DNA of 63,649 nt, the filler included, from Folioceros fuciformis (lineage: Eukaryota), in NCBI GenBank assembly GCA_049999805.1. It is 26 parts of 26 records of this genome, joined end to end, with 100 filler letters (N's around TTAATTAATTAA, not from the genome) between each part and the next. Parts side by side here need not be neighbours in the genome. Positions count along the whole stretch, not along the records: positions 48,966 to 50,314 come from JBNGIO010002702.1; positions 50,415 to 53,260 come from JBNGIO010002703.1; positions 53,361 to 54,577 come from JBNGIO010002704.1; positions 54,678 to 56,583 come from JBNGIO010002705.1; positions 56,684 to 57,765 come from JBNGIO010002706.1; positions 57,866 to 59,782 come from JBNGIO010002707.1; positions 59,883 to 60,998 come from JBNGIO010002708.1; positions 61,099 to 62,336 come from JBNGIO010002709.1; 18 more parts are not named here. One strand, written 5' to 3'. A model generated the notes under the pieces. That model was not told where the DNA came from. It saw nothing but the letters and a program-made list of their open reading frames with translations, and searched no databases. This document shows, in pieces, positions 49,776-61,900 of this stretch (within the stretch, counting starts at the first letter, position 1; every line of letters begins with the position of its first letter). A program made the position numbers and the translations under genes.

Positions 49776-50165
49776 TGTCAATAGGATCGACTCCAGTCTA
49801 CGTGCAAGTGTAGGAGAGGAGAGGAGAGAAGAGAGGGTGGTATTGGTGATCACAACCATGAAAACAATACACATCACCACTGTCTTACTATGGAGGTCCG
49901 AGGTCTCCATTTAAGTAGTACATTTAGGGCTACACAACTTCCAGGTTCAATATGGGATAATCTACACTATCCTAAGTTCACTAATAACTAGAACTAGTCT
50001 AGTATGAACCCAACTGGGATAACTAACACCACAAGAGTTTAGCTCATATAGAGCTCGATAACTCAACACTCCCCCTCGAGCTCAACATAGCATTTGTACG
50101 CCTAACATAGCTCGGAATTTCTTCAGCTTCTCTGCTCCCATTGGCTTAGTAAATATATCAAGCTA
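49776..50165 (-). mobile_element. Copia 3' end: RNase H tail, PPT and LTR (50068-49776)
   Basis: Minus strand DIFTKPMGAEKLKKFRAMLGV, PPT GAGGGGGAG, LTR TGTTGAG...TTGACA. Shares ACTTAGGATAGTGTAGATTATCCCATATT with the LTR at 57063. Confidence 0.85.
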
Positions 50166-51282
50166 CCCACAATCTTCCTGTACATTGTTGGATCTTCAAG
50201 TGCTTCACCATCATGAGCACTGAGCTTTAGATTTTGATCCAAAGGAATCGAGATTGGCTTGCACTCAACCATACCATACTTAGTTAGTACATCCGACGCA
50301 TACTTCCGCTGTGANNNNNNNNNNNNNNNNNNNNNNNNNNNNNNNNNNNNNNNNNNNNTTAATTAATTAANNNNNNNNNNNNNNNNNNNNNNNNNNNNNN
50401 NNNNNNNNNNNNNNACCACCCTTGACAGCAACCCAAGCCCTGTCCCCCGGCTTGAACCCGGTGGCGTCAACACCTCTGAAACCTGCAAACCTAGCCGTTG
50501 CGGAAAATCCTCTGATGGTGCTCCAGTCTTGTTGTCCGATAGGAAGGGTCTACTAGTAATCAGCTCCTCCTCTTCCAAGCTCTTGTCAGCAGGCGACTGT
50601 TTGACCCCTCCCCTGTCGGCGTCTGCACACACTTCTACGGTGTCATCTTCCTTGGATGTGGCAGGGGAATATTTGTCCTCAAGTACCTCCCTTCCCTGGG
50701 AGGCTCCAGCCAGGAGTCCCCTACCCCCGCAAACCTATTGACCTACCTCCTCTGGACACCAACCCAGGCCCTCACCCACTATCCTTAAGAAATCTCCAGC
50801 CTCCAGCTCCTGCCGGGAAAAAGGAGAAGGCACCGCCCCCGCACCAGGAAGCCTGATCATCTGGGAATATGGCCCCATTGGTGCATCAGTGGTATTGCCC
50901 TCCTTTGCCCTAGAACACCTAGAACTGAAGTTGGAGCACATGTAGTGGGTTCGCCCAATTCGCCAACCTCGATAGCCGGGCCTGGATTAGGTGTTGCGTT
51001 CCTGGCTGGGAGGCCTCCAGTCGCCGCTACCACTCCACTCTGACCAGTCCCCTCCAGGGGTGCTTTGTCCCTGAAGGACAGTTTCGTACTCAACACTCTT
51101 ATCATCCCCAAGGCTTCACCACCTTCAGCGCGTGAATCCTCCTGCACTAGCTCCTTGCTCGAGGGCGAAGTCGGCGCAACCTCCTCGCCTTGCATGCACA
51201 CACCGTGGGAGGGTCGCCCTATTCTTTCAGGTAGTCCAATGGCCAGATCTTTCTGCTTGACAATGTCCTTTTCGTACCTGAC

Positions 51283-53205
51283 ATGGCAAAGCACCTAATT
51301 TCAGTTAGCCAATTAATGCAACTCAAGCGCTTAGAACTTAAGTTCACTGCAAACGGATACACACTTAGCAGTTCTCAACCTTCCTTTGTTGTTGCACAGG
51401 GCTTACTTGTGCTGGATCTCTACAGGCTAGACATGCAGTGCCTTCCTGCTAAAAGTGTACATCTTGTTGCTAGATCTCAAGCTGCTCTAGCTCAACTCTG
51501 GCATGCTCATCTTGGTCATGCTAATAAGGAAAAGTTGATTAAGATGTCCAATTTAGAGTGTTATCGGGAGCCCCTCCCCAAATGCTTCAGAGATCTTCCC
51601 CTTTGTGATGCATGCATAGTAGCCAAGCAAAAAGAGTTACCCTTTCCTGCTACTTTGGCTCATAGGTCTTCCTCCATTCTCAATTTAGTACATGCAGACA
51701 TCTTTGGGAAGCTCCATGTTCCTTCTTTGGGAGGTTCTCTTTACTATCTCACACTTACCGACGATTTTAGTCGGTATTCATGGACATACCCACTCAAGCG
51801 TAAATCTGATACTTTCCTGCTATTCAAAGAGTGGCTTACTATGATACAGAGACAAACAGGGACTCACCTTCGCTGTTTAAGATCAGACAACGGTACCGAG
51901 TTTGTGAATGATGCCTTCGATGAATATCTCGCAACTCAGGGTGCAGTCCGCCAGCTCAGTATCCCATATACCCAGCAGCAAAATGGGGTAGCAGAACGCC
52001 GGAACCAGACTTTACTCAACATGACACGGAGCATGTTGGCCTGGTCAGGGCTCAACAAACCCTACTGGGTAGAGGCCGTTGTTACTGCTACCTATATTCT
52101 CAACAGGCTTCTCACTTCTGTTGTTCCTGACCGGACTCCTTTCGAGATGATTTGGAAACGCAAACCTAGTTTGCTTCATCTTCGAGTATTCGGCTCCCCT
52201 GCCTATGCGTATATCCATGATGAACAGCGCAAGAAGCTTGAGGATAGGGCTAGACCCCTTGTGTTTGTGGGTTATGGTGAGGAGACTAAAGCTTATAAGC
52301 TTTACGACCCTCACTCCCGGTCTTCCATCTTTGCCCGTAGTGTAACTTTTAAGGAATTGCTGGCTCCTACTTCTTCAGCTACCCCTCCTTCAGTACCCTC
52401 TTTCCTGGATGTTGATGACTTCGATGAGTTCCCTTCTGAATATCCCTCAGATGCTGCTTATGAACCGTCTCTTGCTTCACAGGCTGCCGGTTCAGGGGGT
52501 GATTATGCAGCCACTTAGTCGTCATCACAATCTGTCTCAGTGCCTGAACGGCTTGCCTCTATGCCTGTACAGGCAATACAACCTGTATTGCCTGTAGTAT
52601 TTGCACAGTTTACACCACAGGATCAGAATCATGAACTTCCAATTCCTGATGCTGAGGTGGTGGACTCCCTACTAGCTGAAGAACATCGATCTGAGCATAG
52701 CTCACATTCACATCAAGACCCTTCGCTTTCACCCCTTGATACTCAAGACGATACTGATGAGTTGGAATCTGCTCAGCAAACAACTTTTGAATCTCACGAG
52801 CTAGATATTGCTGAGGAGCCAGCCGCAGAGCTAGAACGAGTTGTTGAGGAGCGAAGGTATCCCAGCAGATCCCATCCATCAAGGGAAAACTGGAACAGTA
52901 GACCCTATGAGCCTGAAGATTTCAGGATCCCTCGATCAGCTCGACTCTGTGAAGCCCTCTCCACTAATACCCCTTCTCCAGCAGAACCTCGCACATATCA
53001 AGAGGCTATAAATGGTTTGGACAAGCATCATTGGATCCCTTCAATTCAAGACGAGTATAATTCATTGATTAAGAACGGGACATGGCAGCTCTGCCCCTTA
53101 CCTGCTGGGAGGAAAATAGTGAGCTGCAAATGGGTATTCAAACACAAGCTAAATGCTCAGGGAGAAATAGCACGATACAAATCACAATTAGTTGCTCGAG
53201 GCTTC
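51283..53205 (+). pseudogene. Ty1/Copia pol: GAG-pre-integrase, integrase and start of RT, cut by a family C insertion at 53206
   Basis: LWHAHLGH...CDAC, LVHADIFG, LRSDNGTEF, QQNGVAERRNQT, CKWVFKHK and YKSQLVARGF followed directly by TGTGGAGG. Confidence 0.93.
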
Positions 53206-53360
53206 TGTGGAGGCAAAACCCCGGGCACTGATTGCCGACGGATTCCACCTTTAGTGGCCANNNNNNNNNNNNNNNNNNNNNNNNNNNNNNNNNNNNNNNN
53301 NNNNTTAATTAATTAANNNNNNNNNNNNNNNNNNNNNNNNNNNNNNNNNNNNNNNNNNNN

Positions 53361-54577
53361 TAGTAGTACTATCTATAGTTATATTATTACTTAGAGCTTC
53401 TTTAAGTACTTTAAAATATTTAGTAGTAGTTATTATAACTAAAGTTTATTTAATAAATTACTATATTAAAATTAATCTCTAGTACTTACTCTACTAATCT
53501 ACTCTTTCTTAGTAGTTTATAATAATAGAAGAGTATATACTATACTTTCTAAGATAGCCTTTTATATTTTTATAGCTAGTTCTACCTATATAGATATATC
53601 TATATTCTATATACTAGAGTAAGTCTTAGTAGATTTTTAGCCCTAGAATAGCTAGATATAGTTAGAAAAAGATTAAAATAGTATCTAGACTAGTATATAG
53701 CTTACTAAGTCTACTATTTATATATATCTATATTAATTACTATATATTAAGTATTATAATATTAGTATATTTTATATTAAAATATAAGAATATATTCTTA
53801 AGTTAGAGATAGTACTAATAGTATATATATATAATAATACTATAGCTTAAAAGAAAATTAATTTAGATATATTTAGAATAGTTTATATTAAAGAGGTTAA
53901 TAATTAGTAATATAATATAAAGTAATACTATATAAGAAGTAACTAATAGAAACTAAGGCTATAATATAATAATCTAAAGTTAATATTAGAGTAGCTAAGA
54001 AACTAGTCTACTTTAGAACTAGTACTTTAAGTACTCTACGTATACTTAAAACGCGCCGAATTACCTATATATAGGTAATAAGTATTATTCTATTCTATAT
54101 AGGTATAGATAGTTACTAAATCTATTAAGCTATCTCTTTACTATTTACTATAGCGTAAAGTAAATACTATTATCTAAAGTTATATCTTATAAGTAAACTC
54201 TAGTCTAATATAGTTAGAAATTTATAGTTAAGTTAATAATTATAATTTAAAACTAAAATAAATAAAAAAACTTACTAGATTATATTTTTTATTTTAGAAA
54301 ATATAATAAATATACTTTTTAAAAGTATTTAAAATAAAACTAAACTCTATTTTTTTATTATATACTAGTATATAAACTACTTAAAAGTAATAAACTTAAA
54401 AGGCTTCTAGAAAGGCTCTAGAGAAGTAGTAAATAGGTATTATATATATATATATTTATATATATATAAAGTATAGTATTTATAATAATTAGTAATAATT
54501 AAAGTAAAATAGATTAATTTTAATATACTAAAGAAATTTAAATTAGAGCTAAGAAAAAAAAGAATTAAGTTAAAGAA
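53361..54577. other. RIP-mutated AT-rich DNA, probably ascomycete fungal
   Basis: I found no CpA or TpG in 1217 bp. TpA is extremely frequent, and the CpG cluster ACGCGCCG survives. Confidence 0.88.
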
Positions 54578-54783
54578 NNNNNNNNNNNNNNNNNNNNNNN
54601 NNNNNNNNNNNNNNNNNNNNNTTAATTAATTAANNNNNNNNNNNNNNNNNNNNNNNNNNNNNNNNNNNNNNNNNNNNTCTTATTCACAAGCTAAGCCGTT
54701 TCACTCGCACTTCCACAAAAAAAATCAAAATCCATCAAATCTGTCACTCAAAAAGGGGTTTGCAAATATTTTTTTCCTCTACA

Positions 54784-55096
54784 GTTATTAAAACCCAATG
54801 TGCTTAGACTAATGTGTTTAATCTAAGATTAGTGTCTAGTTAAGTACCATTAGTTTAGATTAGCTTAAGCTAATCTGTAGGAAGCTTCTTGCGCAGCTTC
54901 CTATGTGCTTCTTGTGAAGCTTCCTATGTGCTTCTTGTGAAGCTTCCTAGGGAGCTCTTCTAGAGGGTATAAATACCCCCTTAAGCTCCCTTGCTATGTA
55001 GACTCTATTGTGAGAGTGTGACCTCTCTTTCTCCTCTCCTCCTTGCCTCCTCCTCTCCTCTCCTCTCCTTCATCATGCTCCTCTAGCAATCCTACA
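54784..55096 (+). mobile_element. Copia family B LTR (5' end eroded, internal 23-bp duplication)
   Basis: Matches 57138-57417 and ends ATCCTACA. Confidence 0.88.
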
Positions 55097-55473
55097 ATCC
55101 TGACCCCACTGACCGGTGCACCGGTACATTGTATACAGTTTTGAGGCCAACCAGGATTACCCAGTTTTTATGTGAGACTTAACTTGAACTTGTCCTTTAC
55201 TAGAACATGAAGTATTTTGAATAGCTTATGCGCCGGTTGACTGGGCACACCATCTGTTTCAATTGTTAAATATCAAGTTTCGCGTAGAAGACTCACAATG
55301 TTTATTGCATTTATTTTGGTTTTATTGACATTTGGTGAATAAATAATATACGCATACATGTCGGTGGCCTTATTGTTTGTGAAAAGAGATCAAAGGTAGA
55401 TATGGGGCGCGGATCAAGACAAATTTAAAAAGCGCAAAACAGGCTTTGTGGAATCCGCCCGTCTGGGTTAGAC

Positions 55474-55980
55474 CTTGTTATACTCATCAGTCTCTACTGC
55501 GCTTGCATTAGGAGGTATGTTAGCCTTCTCCCACACTAAGGTCTGAATGGTTCCCTTCTTGCACCATGGCCGAAGTGCTTCCCTAGCCTGTGTAATCAGA
55601 TCCACACCATGCATGAGAACCAACGTATACACATTACTGCTGGTGCATTCTGAAAACCCTCGAATCATGTCCTTAAGCTCTTCGCTTGTCAGCTGCCTAT
55701 CGTATTCATGTCGTTGCAGTCCGCGAGGCAAATCTGCGAATAAGAGAGTATACGGTCGTTTTACCAGAAATGCTTTCATCTCCAGAACATTTCGATGGAT
55801 AACTTGATACTTAGTCTTATTGTTATCGTTTGGGACTCTGAACTCCGATAATCCTGCATCCATATCTGCATCTGCGAGTCTCTACTTTTCTTCTTCCATG
55901 CGCTTCCAATTTCTAGCAGAGTGAACATAATCTTGAAAAGGCTTCGGCAATGCTTCAAGGTTTGTGAGGTTCACTGGTTT
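55474..55980 (-). pseudogene. Exon encoding an N4/N6 DNA amino-methyltransferase-like (beta-class) domain; one internal TAG
   Basis: Acceptor TTTTTGGCAG then AAA (phase 0). YQVIHRNVLEM...YTLLFADLPRG...YD...TLVWEKAN resembles IHGD.LE..DL(I/V)FADPPY...IIW.K.N. The catalytic tetrad is non-canonical (DLPR). Confidence 0.5.
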
Positions 55981-56839
55981 CTGCCAAAAAGCATTTCGTT
56001 AAGAAAAACCACACAAAAAGCAGAATCACAAATCATGAACTACGTCACTCCAGCCTAAGTAAGTAAAAAATCACTTCTAATGACTAGAGTGTGCCGGTCC
56101 CTCCCCAATCTATACAGAAGTCCTTCAAGTTGGCCGGAGTGCGTCGGTCTTCCAGCCATTTTTACGGAAAGCGTCGAAAAACCGCCCATTCGGGACATAG
56201 TAGCTGGGTGTGCCAGTCTATTGGCGCACCCCCTCCGTAATGTATAACGCATTATGGAAAAATGGCCGGTGTGCTCTAGTCTACCGGGGACAGTGCATTC
56301 CAAAGAAATCAGCTGGAGTGCGCCGGCCTTCCAGCGCACTCCACAAAACTAAGAGAAGTGATGAGAATAGGGTGTTAATACATTAGGTTTCGTTTGGTGA
56401 ATGCGTTCATAGCTACTATAAGTCTAGGTGCCCGTTCATTTGGGTTACGTCCTTTATGAAAGGGTGTCTCTATTCACCCTACCTAGCTTAAGTTCAGTCG
56501 TTTGTCTATGCTGTATATAATTCTTGTTTAATCAATATAATAATGTAATTGTTTTATAGCAATTGGTCTACACCAATTTCCATNNNNNNNNNNNNNNNNN
56601 NNNNNNNNNNNNNNNNNNNNNNNNNNNTTAATTAATTAANNNNNNNNNNNNNNNNNNNNNNNNNNNNNNNNNNNNNNNNNNNNTCCCGATACCGCTCCCT
56701 CCCCTTGCCCCAAGTAAGGTGTTTTTTAGGGATCGTATACGGTTCGTATATGTACACCCCCTATATTTTATACGATTTAGATACGTATTTAATACGTACT
56801 GATACGTATACCCGTAATCAACTGTGACAACATGAGTAG

Positions 56840-57137
56840 CATGAGGTTGGCTACTAATATTGTGTTTCATGCTCGTTCGAAGCACATAGAAGTACGTTAT
56901 CATTTTATCAGGGAAGTGGTATTACTGAGAAGATAGATCTTCGGCACGTGAAGACCAAAGACAAGGTAGCAGATATCTTTACTAAGTTGCTAGATAGAGA
57001 TAAGTTCTTACACTTTCGTGAATTACTTGGAGTGTTACAAAGAGTCTGAGCTTGAGGGGGGGTGTTAGAAATCAAGCTCTAATTGAATTCTTATTAAGAG
57101 CATACAACACTTAGGATAGTGTAGATTATCCCATATT
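56840..57137 (+). mobile_element. Copia RNase H C-terminus, PPT and start of 3' LTR (57063)
   Basis: FHARSKHIEVRYHFIRE...VADIFTKLL; GAGGGGGGG followed by TGTTAG. Confidence 0.88.
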
Positions 57138-57417
57138 TGTAGGGTAATTAAAGCCCAATGTGCTTAGACTAATGTGTTTAGTCTAAGATTAGTGTCTAGT
57201 TAAGTATCATTAGTTTAGATTAGCTTAAGCTAATCTGTAGGAAGCTTCTTGCACAGCTTCCTGTGCGCTTCTTAGGGAGCTCTTCTAGAGGGTATAAAAA
57301 CTCCCTTGAGCTCCCTTGCTATTGAGAGACTCTCTGTGAGAGTGTGACCTCTCTTTCTCCTCTCCTCCTTGCCTCCTCCTCTCCTCTCCTTCACCATGCT
57401 CCTCTAGTGATCCTTCA
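57138..57417 (+). mobile_element. Copia family B 5' LTR (280 bp), nested in another LTR
   Basis: TGTAGGG...ATCCTTCA with TATAAA, followed by a primer-binding site. Confidence 0.93.
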
Positions 57418-57419
57418 AG

Positions 57420-57431
57420 TGGTATCAGAGC
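57420..57431 (+). promoter_or_regulatory. Primer-binding site complementary to tRNA-iMet
   Basis: TGGTATCAGAGC, 2 nt after the LTR end. Confidence 0.93.
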
Positions 57432-57865
57432 TAAGTTGCAGAGCAAGATGATGTCCGTGGGTGATGCGGACAGAGGCTCAAGGCTATGAGGGAGGCTCCG
57501 GAATGAGGTGCGAGGGTCTCCAACCCCGCCGTGCAAGGAGTGGCAGCACGGAGCAGGAGTGATCTTCGGCTGTGTGCAACATCTGGGTTGCTTCAAGATC
57601 GCCAGGAACACCAAGAGCACCCATGCATGGGGCGCTCAGCCACGAGCGCACAAGACGCCTCGGCCGCAGCGAGCGGACAGGGCTACCCGGCCGCAAAAGG
57701 CGCACAGGGCGCCCCAGCCGCGTGCGGGCTGCCAGCTTTGGTGCGAGGTAGGCGCCGTGCGGGCTNNNNNNNNNNNNNNNNNNNNNNNNNNNNNNNNNNN
57801 NNNNNNNNNTTAATTAATTAANNNNNNNNNNNNNNNNNNNNNNNNNNNNNNNNNNNNNNNNNNNN

Positions 57866-58514
57866 GAGGCTACCCAGCCCTAGGCCTCGCCTCTGCCTTG
57901 AAGGGAAGGCTGCAAGAGGGAAGGCTGTTGTGTTCCAAATTGCAGGAGAGAAGGGTTGAGTTGCAGATTTTGGAAGTGGAAGTGTTGAAGTGAGGAGTTG
58001 AGCTGAAGTGAGGGGCTGGAGGGTAAAGTGAAGTGCTAAAGTGAAGAACTAAAGTGCTGAAGTGAAGGACTAAATGCTGGGGTGAAGTGCTGAAGTGGTG
58101 GAATGAAGTGTTGAAGCTGGAGTGAGGAGCTAGCTGAAGTTGAGGTTCTCGTTTAGCTGCGGAGGTAGCTAGCACTAGGTGCTGAGAGTTGGAGGCCAGA
58201 CTTGGGGCTGGAGCCTCCTCTCAGCACTGAAGTGATTGATACTTGGAGCTAGAAATGAAGGCTGAAGACAATGCTGGAGTTCTCATTTTGTTGAGGCTGG
58301 GGTTGGTGTTGTGGTAGGAGCCGAAGACAGGACCGAGAATTCTGACCTATTGCTGTAGCACTTGGTATATGCTGATAGATAGGGTGAGATTAGGGAGATG
58401 TAGGTAACCTTGACATTAGTTCACTCCCTTGGGAGCGAATCATAAGACTGCAACCATAATAAGGGGAAGTGTGGCCCCTTGGTGGTTCTTGGGTGTGCAA
58501 GAAATCACTCCACA
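57866..58514. mobile_element. Repeat family D copy, inverted relative to the copy at 59014
   Basis: Ends ...CAAGAAATCACTCCACA, the reverse complement of the D terminus. Confidence 0.82.
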
Positions 58515-59013
58515 CATGCTTTTGGTGAACTTCAGAACATGCCTAACATCCTTCAATATGAATGAAGATTTGTTGTCAAACTTCAGCTGCACATCACCAA
58601 CGCTTGCAATCTCGTATGCGTAGTTATTTCCAAGCCGAACACATCCTTTTCTAGCAGCATCATAAGTGCTAAACCACTCCCCATGCGGAGTAACATGGAA
58701 AAATGCTCCAGAGTCAATTATCCAATTAGAGAATAAGTCACTCTCCATGGCCGTCAATTGTGCAGAATCGAAGGAAGAAGAGGTAAGAACATCTCCATCA
58801 TCAATAGAGTTCACCTTGTCACGCTTGACACTCCGACTTGCCTTGTCGCTCTGGTTCTTGTCCTTTCCTTTGTCCTTCTTGAACTTCTCGCAGTCCCTTC
58901 TGATGTGACCCTTCTTGTGACAATTGTCACACTCAACATTGTTACGACTATGAGACTTACTACGGGAAAGACTTCGCTCCTTGTACTTCCCCTTTGAAGT
59001 GGACCTGCCTCTC
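58515..59013 (-). pseudogene. Copia gag zinc knuckle and protease fragment
   Basis: CDNCHKKGHIRRDC; WIIDSGAFFHVT...LKDVRHV. Confidence 0.92.
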
Positions 59014-59490
59014 TGTGGAGTGATTTCTTGCACCCAAGAACCACCAAAGGGCCACACATTCCCTTATTATCGTTGCAGTACTATGATTCGCTCCCAAGGG
59101 AATGAACTAGAGTCAAGGTTTTCTACAATCTTCCCACATAGCCCTAATCTAACCCTATCTATCAGCCGGCTCTTAGCCCTAGCCTCACTAGGGCAAAAAA
59201 GATCACAATCCTTAGCCCTGTCTTCAATGCCAACCACAGCTCCAGCTGAATGAGAACTCTAGCATCATCTTCAGCTCCCACTTACAGCTCCAAGTATCAG
59301 CCACCTCAGCAACAGAGAGGAGGTCCCAGTTCTAGTCTTGGCCTCCACACTCAACCCTAAATGCTAGCCACCTCAGCAGATGATTGAGAACTTAAGCACC
59401 TAAGCTTCTCACCTCCGCACACCAACTCCACAGTCCAGCACTTCAAATCTCTATTCCAGCACTTCAGCTTTTCAACCCTTCATCCCTTCA
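59014..59490. mobile_element. Repeat family D copy
   Basis: Collinear with 21296-21759. Confidence 0.85.
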
Positions 59491-59882
59491 CCCTCACGGT
59501 TCACTCCTAGATTTTGGAACACAACAGCCCCTCACTTGCAGTCCTTGAGGCAGGGATGTGCACACCCAAGCTGCATAGCCTCCTTAGCTCACAGCCCTGC
59601 AATCCGTCGCCATGGAAACCCCTTAGGGACGTCAAGGTACCCCAACCACCCAACCAGCATGCAAGAAAGGTCAGCCCTTGCGGATCTGGCCACCCAGATC
59701 TCAGCAATTTTGGGAGCCGCCACGTTCCCCTAATAGCATGGGGAATCAAGGCCGAGGTGCATCTGCACACTGTATTAACCCTNNNNNNNNNNNNNNNNNN
59801 NNNNNNNNNNNNNNNNNNNNNNNNNNTTAATTAATTAANNNNNNNNNNNNNNNNNNNNNNNNNNNNNNNNNNNNNNNNNNNN

Positions 59883-60545
59883 ACATAGTTATGAGTGTAG
59901 TTAGTGAACTGGCAAGTTAGTCAAAGGGCACACCCCTTCTAAACTGCTACTTAAGGCCTACCTTTGTATCCACCTAATCAATTTGCTAATAGATCATTTT
60001 CAATGCATTTGCTTCCGAGTTAGCAATTCTAACTAGAAGTGTTCTCGGTGAGAGTGGCTGAACGATTGGGAAAGTCTGGGGTAGCGTGAGACCCTGCAGC
60101 GCCGTTTAGATCCTAAGCGAGATCAGGAGAGGTGAGTCGCCTAGAGTTAGAAAGAGAGAAGAGAGAGAGAGATCAAGTGTGGGGCCCGCCGAGGTAGTGG
60201 AGTCCACGACTATCGTGGAGTAATGACCGAGGTAGTCGAAGAGCTGAGGCAATAGAAGTACCCCTGGGGTAGTTGAAGAGACCCCCTCCCCCCCGGTAGT
60301 TGAGTGAGTCCGTAAGGTAGTATAGGGCCCGGGTAGCCGAGCCGCAACGGAGGTAGTGGTAGCTTATTGGCAGGTATAGGAGTGAAAGGTAGGTAAAGTC
60401 TAACCTTGGATAGTAACTGACTTTGTGAGAAAACCCGTGTTATTTAGCACAAATCATTCCTTTGGGATCGAATCCCTGAGCTGTAACGACAAAGAGGGTT
60501 TGTGTGGACCTTGCAGCACCCCCGGGTGTGATATTTTCCCCCACA
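59883..60545. mobile_element. Repeat family E end (...CCCCACA) inserted in a Copia RT
   Basis: 60420-60545 matches the reverse complement of 25437-25560; GGTAG-rich like the 25437 copy. Confidence 0.75.
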
Positions 60546-60998
60546 TGGTGTGCTACAAAGGCAAGAAGAATTCTAATGGAGGTCGACTTCACTATTGGAC
60601 TAAAAAGTCTGGTTTCCTCGTAGTCGAAGCCAAGGATCTGAGTGAAGCCTCTTGCAACAAGTCTGGCCTTATGTCTTGCTACTGTTCCGTCTAGATTGAG
60701 TTTGCGCCTGAATGTCCACTTGCAGGAGATAGGTTTTCTTCCTTTCGGTAAGTCCACCAACTTCCACACTTTGCTGCTCATTACGGAGTCGTACTCTGAT
60801 TGTACTGCAGCTGTCCATTCTCGTGAAGCAAGTGCCCCGTCTATGGATAGGAGTACTCCCTACATTTCAATGGCCGATAGTGCCTGGTGTGCAACATCTT
60901 CCAACTAGTCGGTGTGAGGTTGAGAGATGGAGGATGCCTGGCGCTCCATGGGACCTGTGAGGGTATCACCAGGAGTGTATGGTGGCTCTTTCCATTCA
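60546..60998 (-). pseudogene. Ty1/Copia RT N-terminal fragment
   Basis: [23 protein letters not shown]...[25 protein letters not shown]. Confidence 0.9.
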
Positions 60999-61592
60999 NN
61001 NNNNNNNNNNNNNNNNNNNNNNNNNNNNNNNNNNNNNNNNNNTTAATTAATTAANNNNNNNNNNNNNNNNNNNNNNNNNNNNNNNNNNNNNNNNNNNNTT
61101 GCCTCAGGGTCAGTAGGTTGGAGGGTAGCCGGGTGAGTAATGGACCGGCTGTTCGGCTAGCCACACGAGTCGGCTAACTTGGCCTGGGCGAGGCCAGGCA
61201 GCCGGCTGGTCAAGGGAGGAGTAGGCAGCAGCCAGGCAGGCGGCCTGGTTGCTGGCAGGCCGCATGGCCAGACCCAGGTCAGGGGCTGGGCCGGATCGGA
61301 CAGGTTGCCTAGCAAGCAGTCGTGTAGGCTAGGCGGGCAGTGGCGGAGCACAAGCAAGTAGCAGCCTGATGGGAGGTTCGCTAGAGCTAGATGGGCGGTT
61401 TGGCTGGTCATAGGTGAGAGCAGATGCCGGATCGGCGGCTACTGTGGAGCCTGGCCGCAGCCCAGCCTGGCCTAGCTACAGGCAGGCTGCGGGCCGGTCT
61501 GTTGGGCTAGCTTCTGGCCAGGTTTAGGAGGGCAGGAGGCTGGGAATGGCGGTGGCAGGCCAGCTGAAGGGTAAGCGGCCATCTCGGAGTCC

Positions 61593-61900
61593 GGGCTGGC
61601 TGGCCTGGCTGGGCGGATCCAAGCTGGTCGAGACCGGGGCTGGATCTGGAGGTTGGCAAGCGGTCAACAGCAGCCGGGTCTTGGTCGGCAGGGCGCTCCG
61701 AGGCTGCGGTAGTATCAGATTCAGGAGGTAGACCAGCCAGGCGCGGGCTGGCTGGCCTGGCTGGGCGGATCCAAGCTGGTCGAGACCGGGGCCGGATCTG
61801 GAGGTTGGCAAGCGATCAGCAGCAGCCGGGTCTTGGTCGGCAGGGAGCTCCGAGGCTGCGGTAGTATCAGATTCAGGAGGCAGACCAGCTAGGCGCGGGC
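61593..61900. repeat. 152-bp tandem duplication in a GC-rich, GGCTG/CAGCC-rich contig
   Basis: GGGCTGGCTGGCCTGGCTGGGCGGATCCAAGC starts at 61593 and again at 61745. Confidence 0.88.

Noticed and set aside
57866-59490. Pack-MULE/TIR element capturing a gag fragment
   Set aside because: The repeat termini point inward toward the fragment rather than outward, and the same terminus occurs singly elsewhere.
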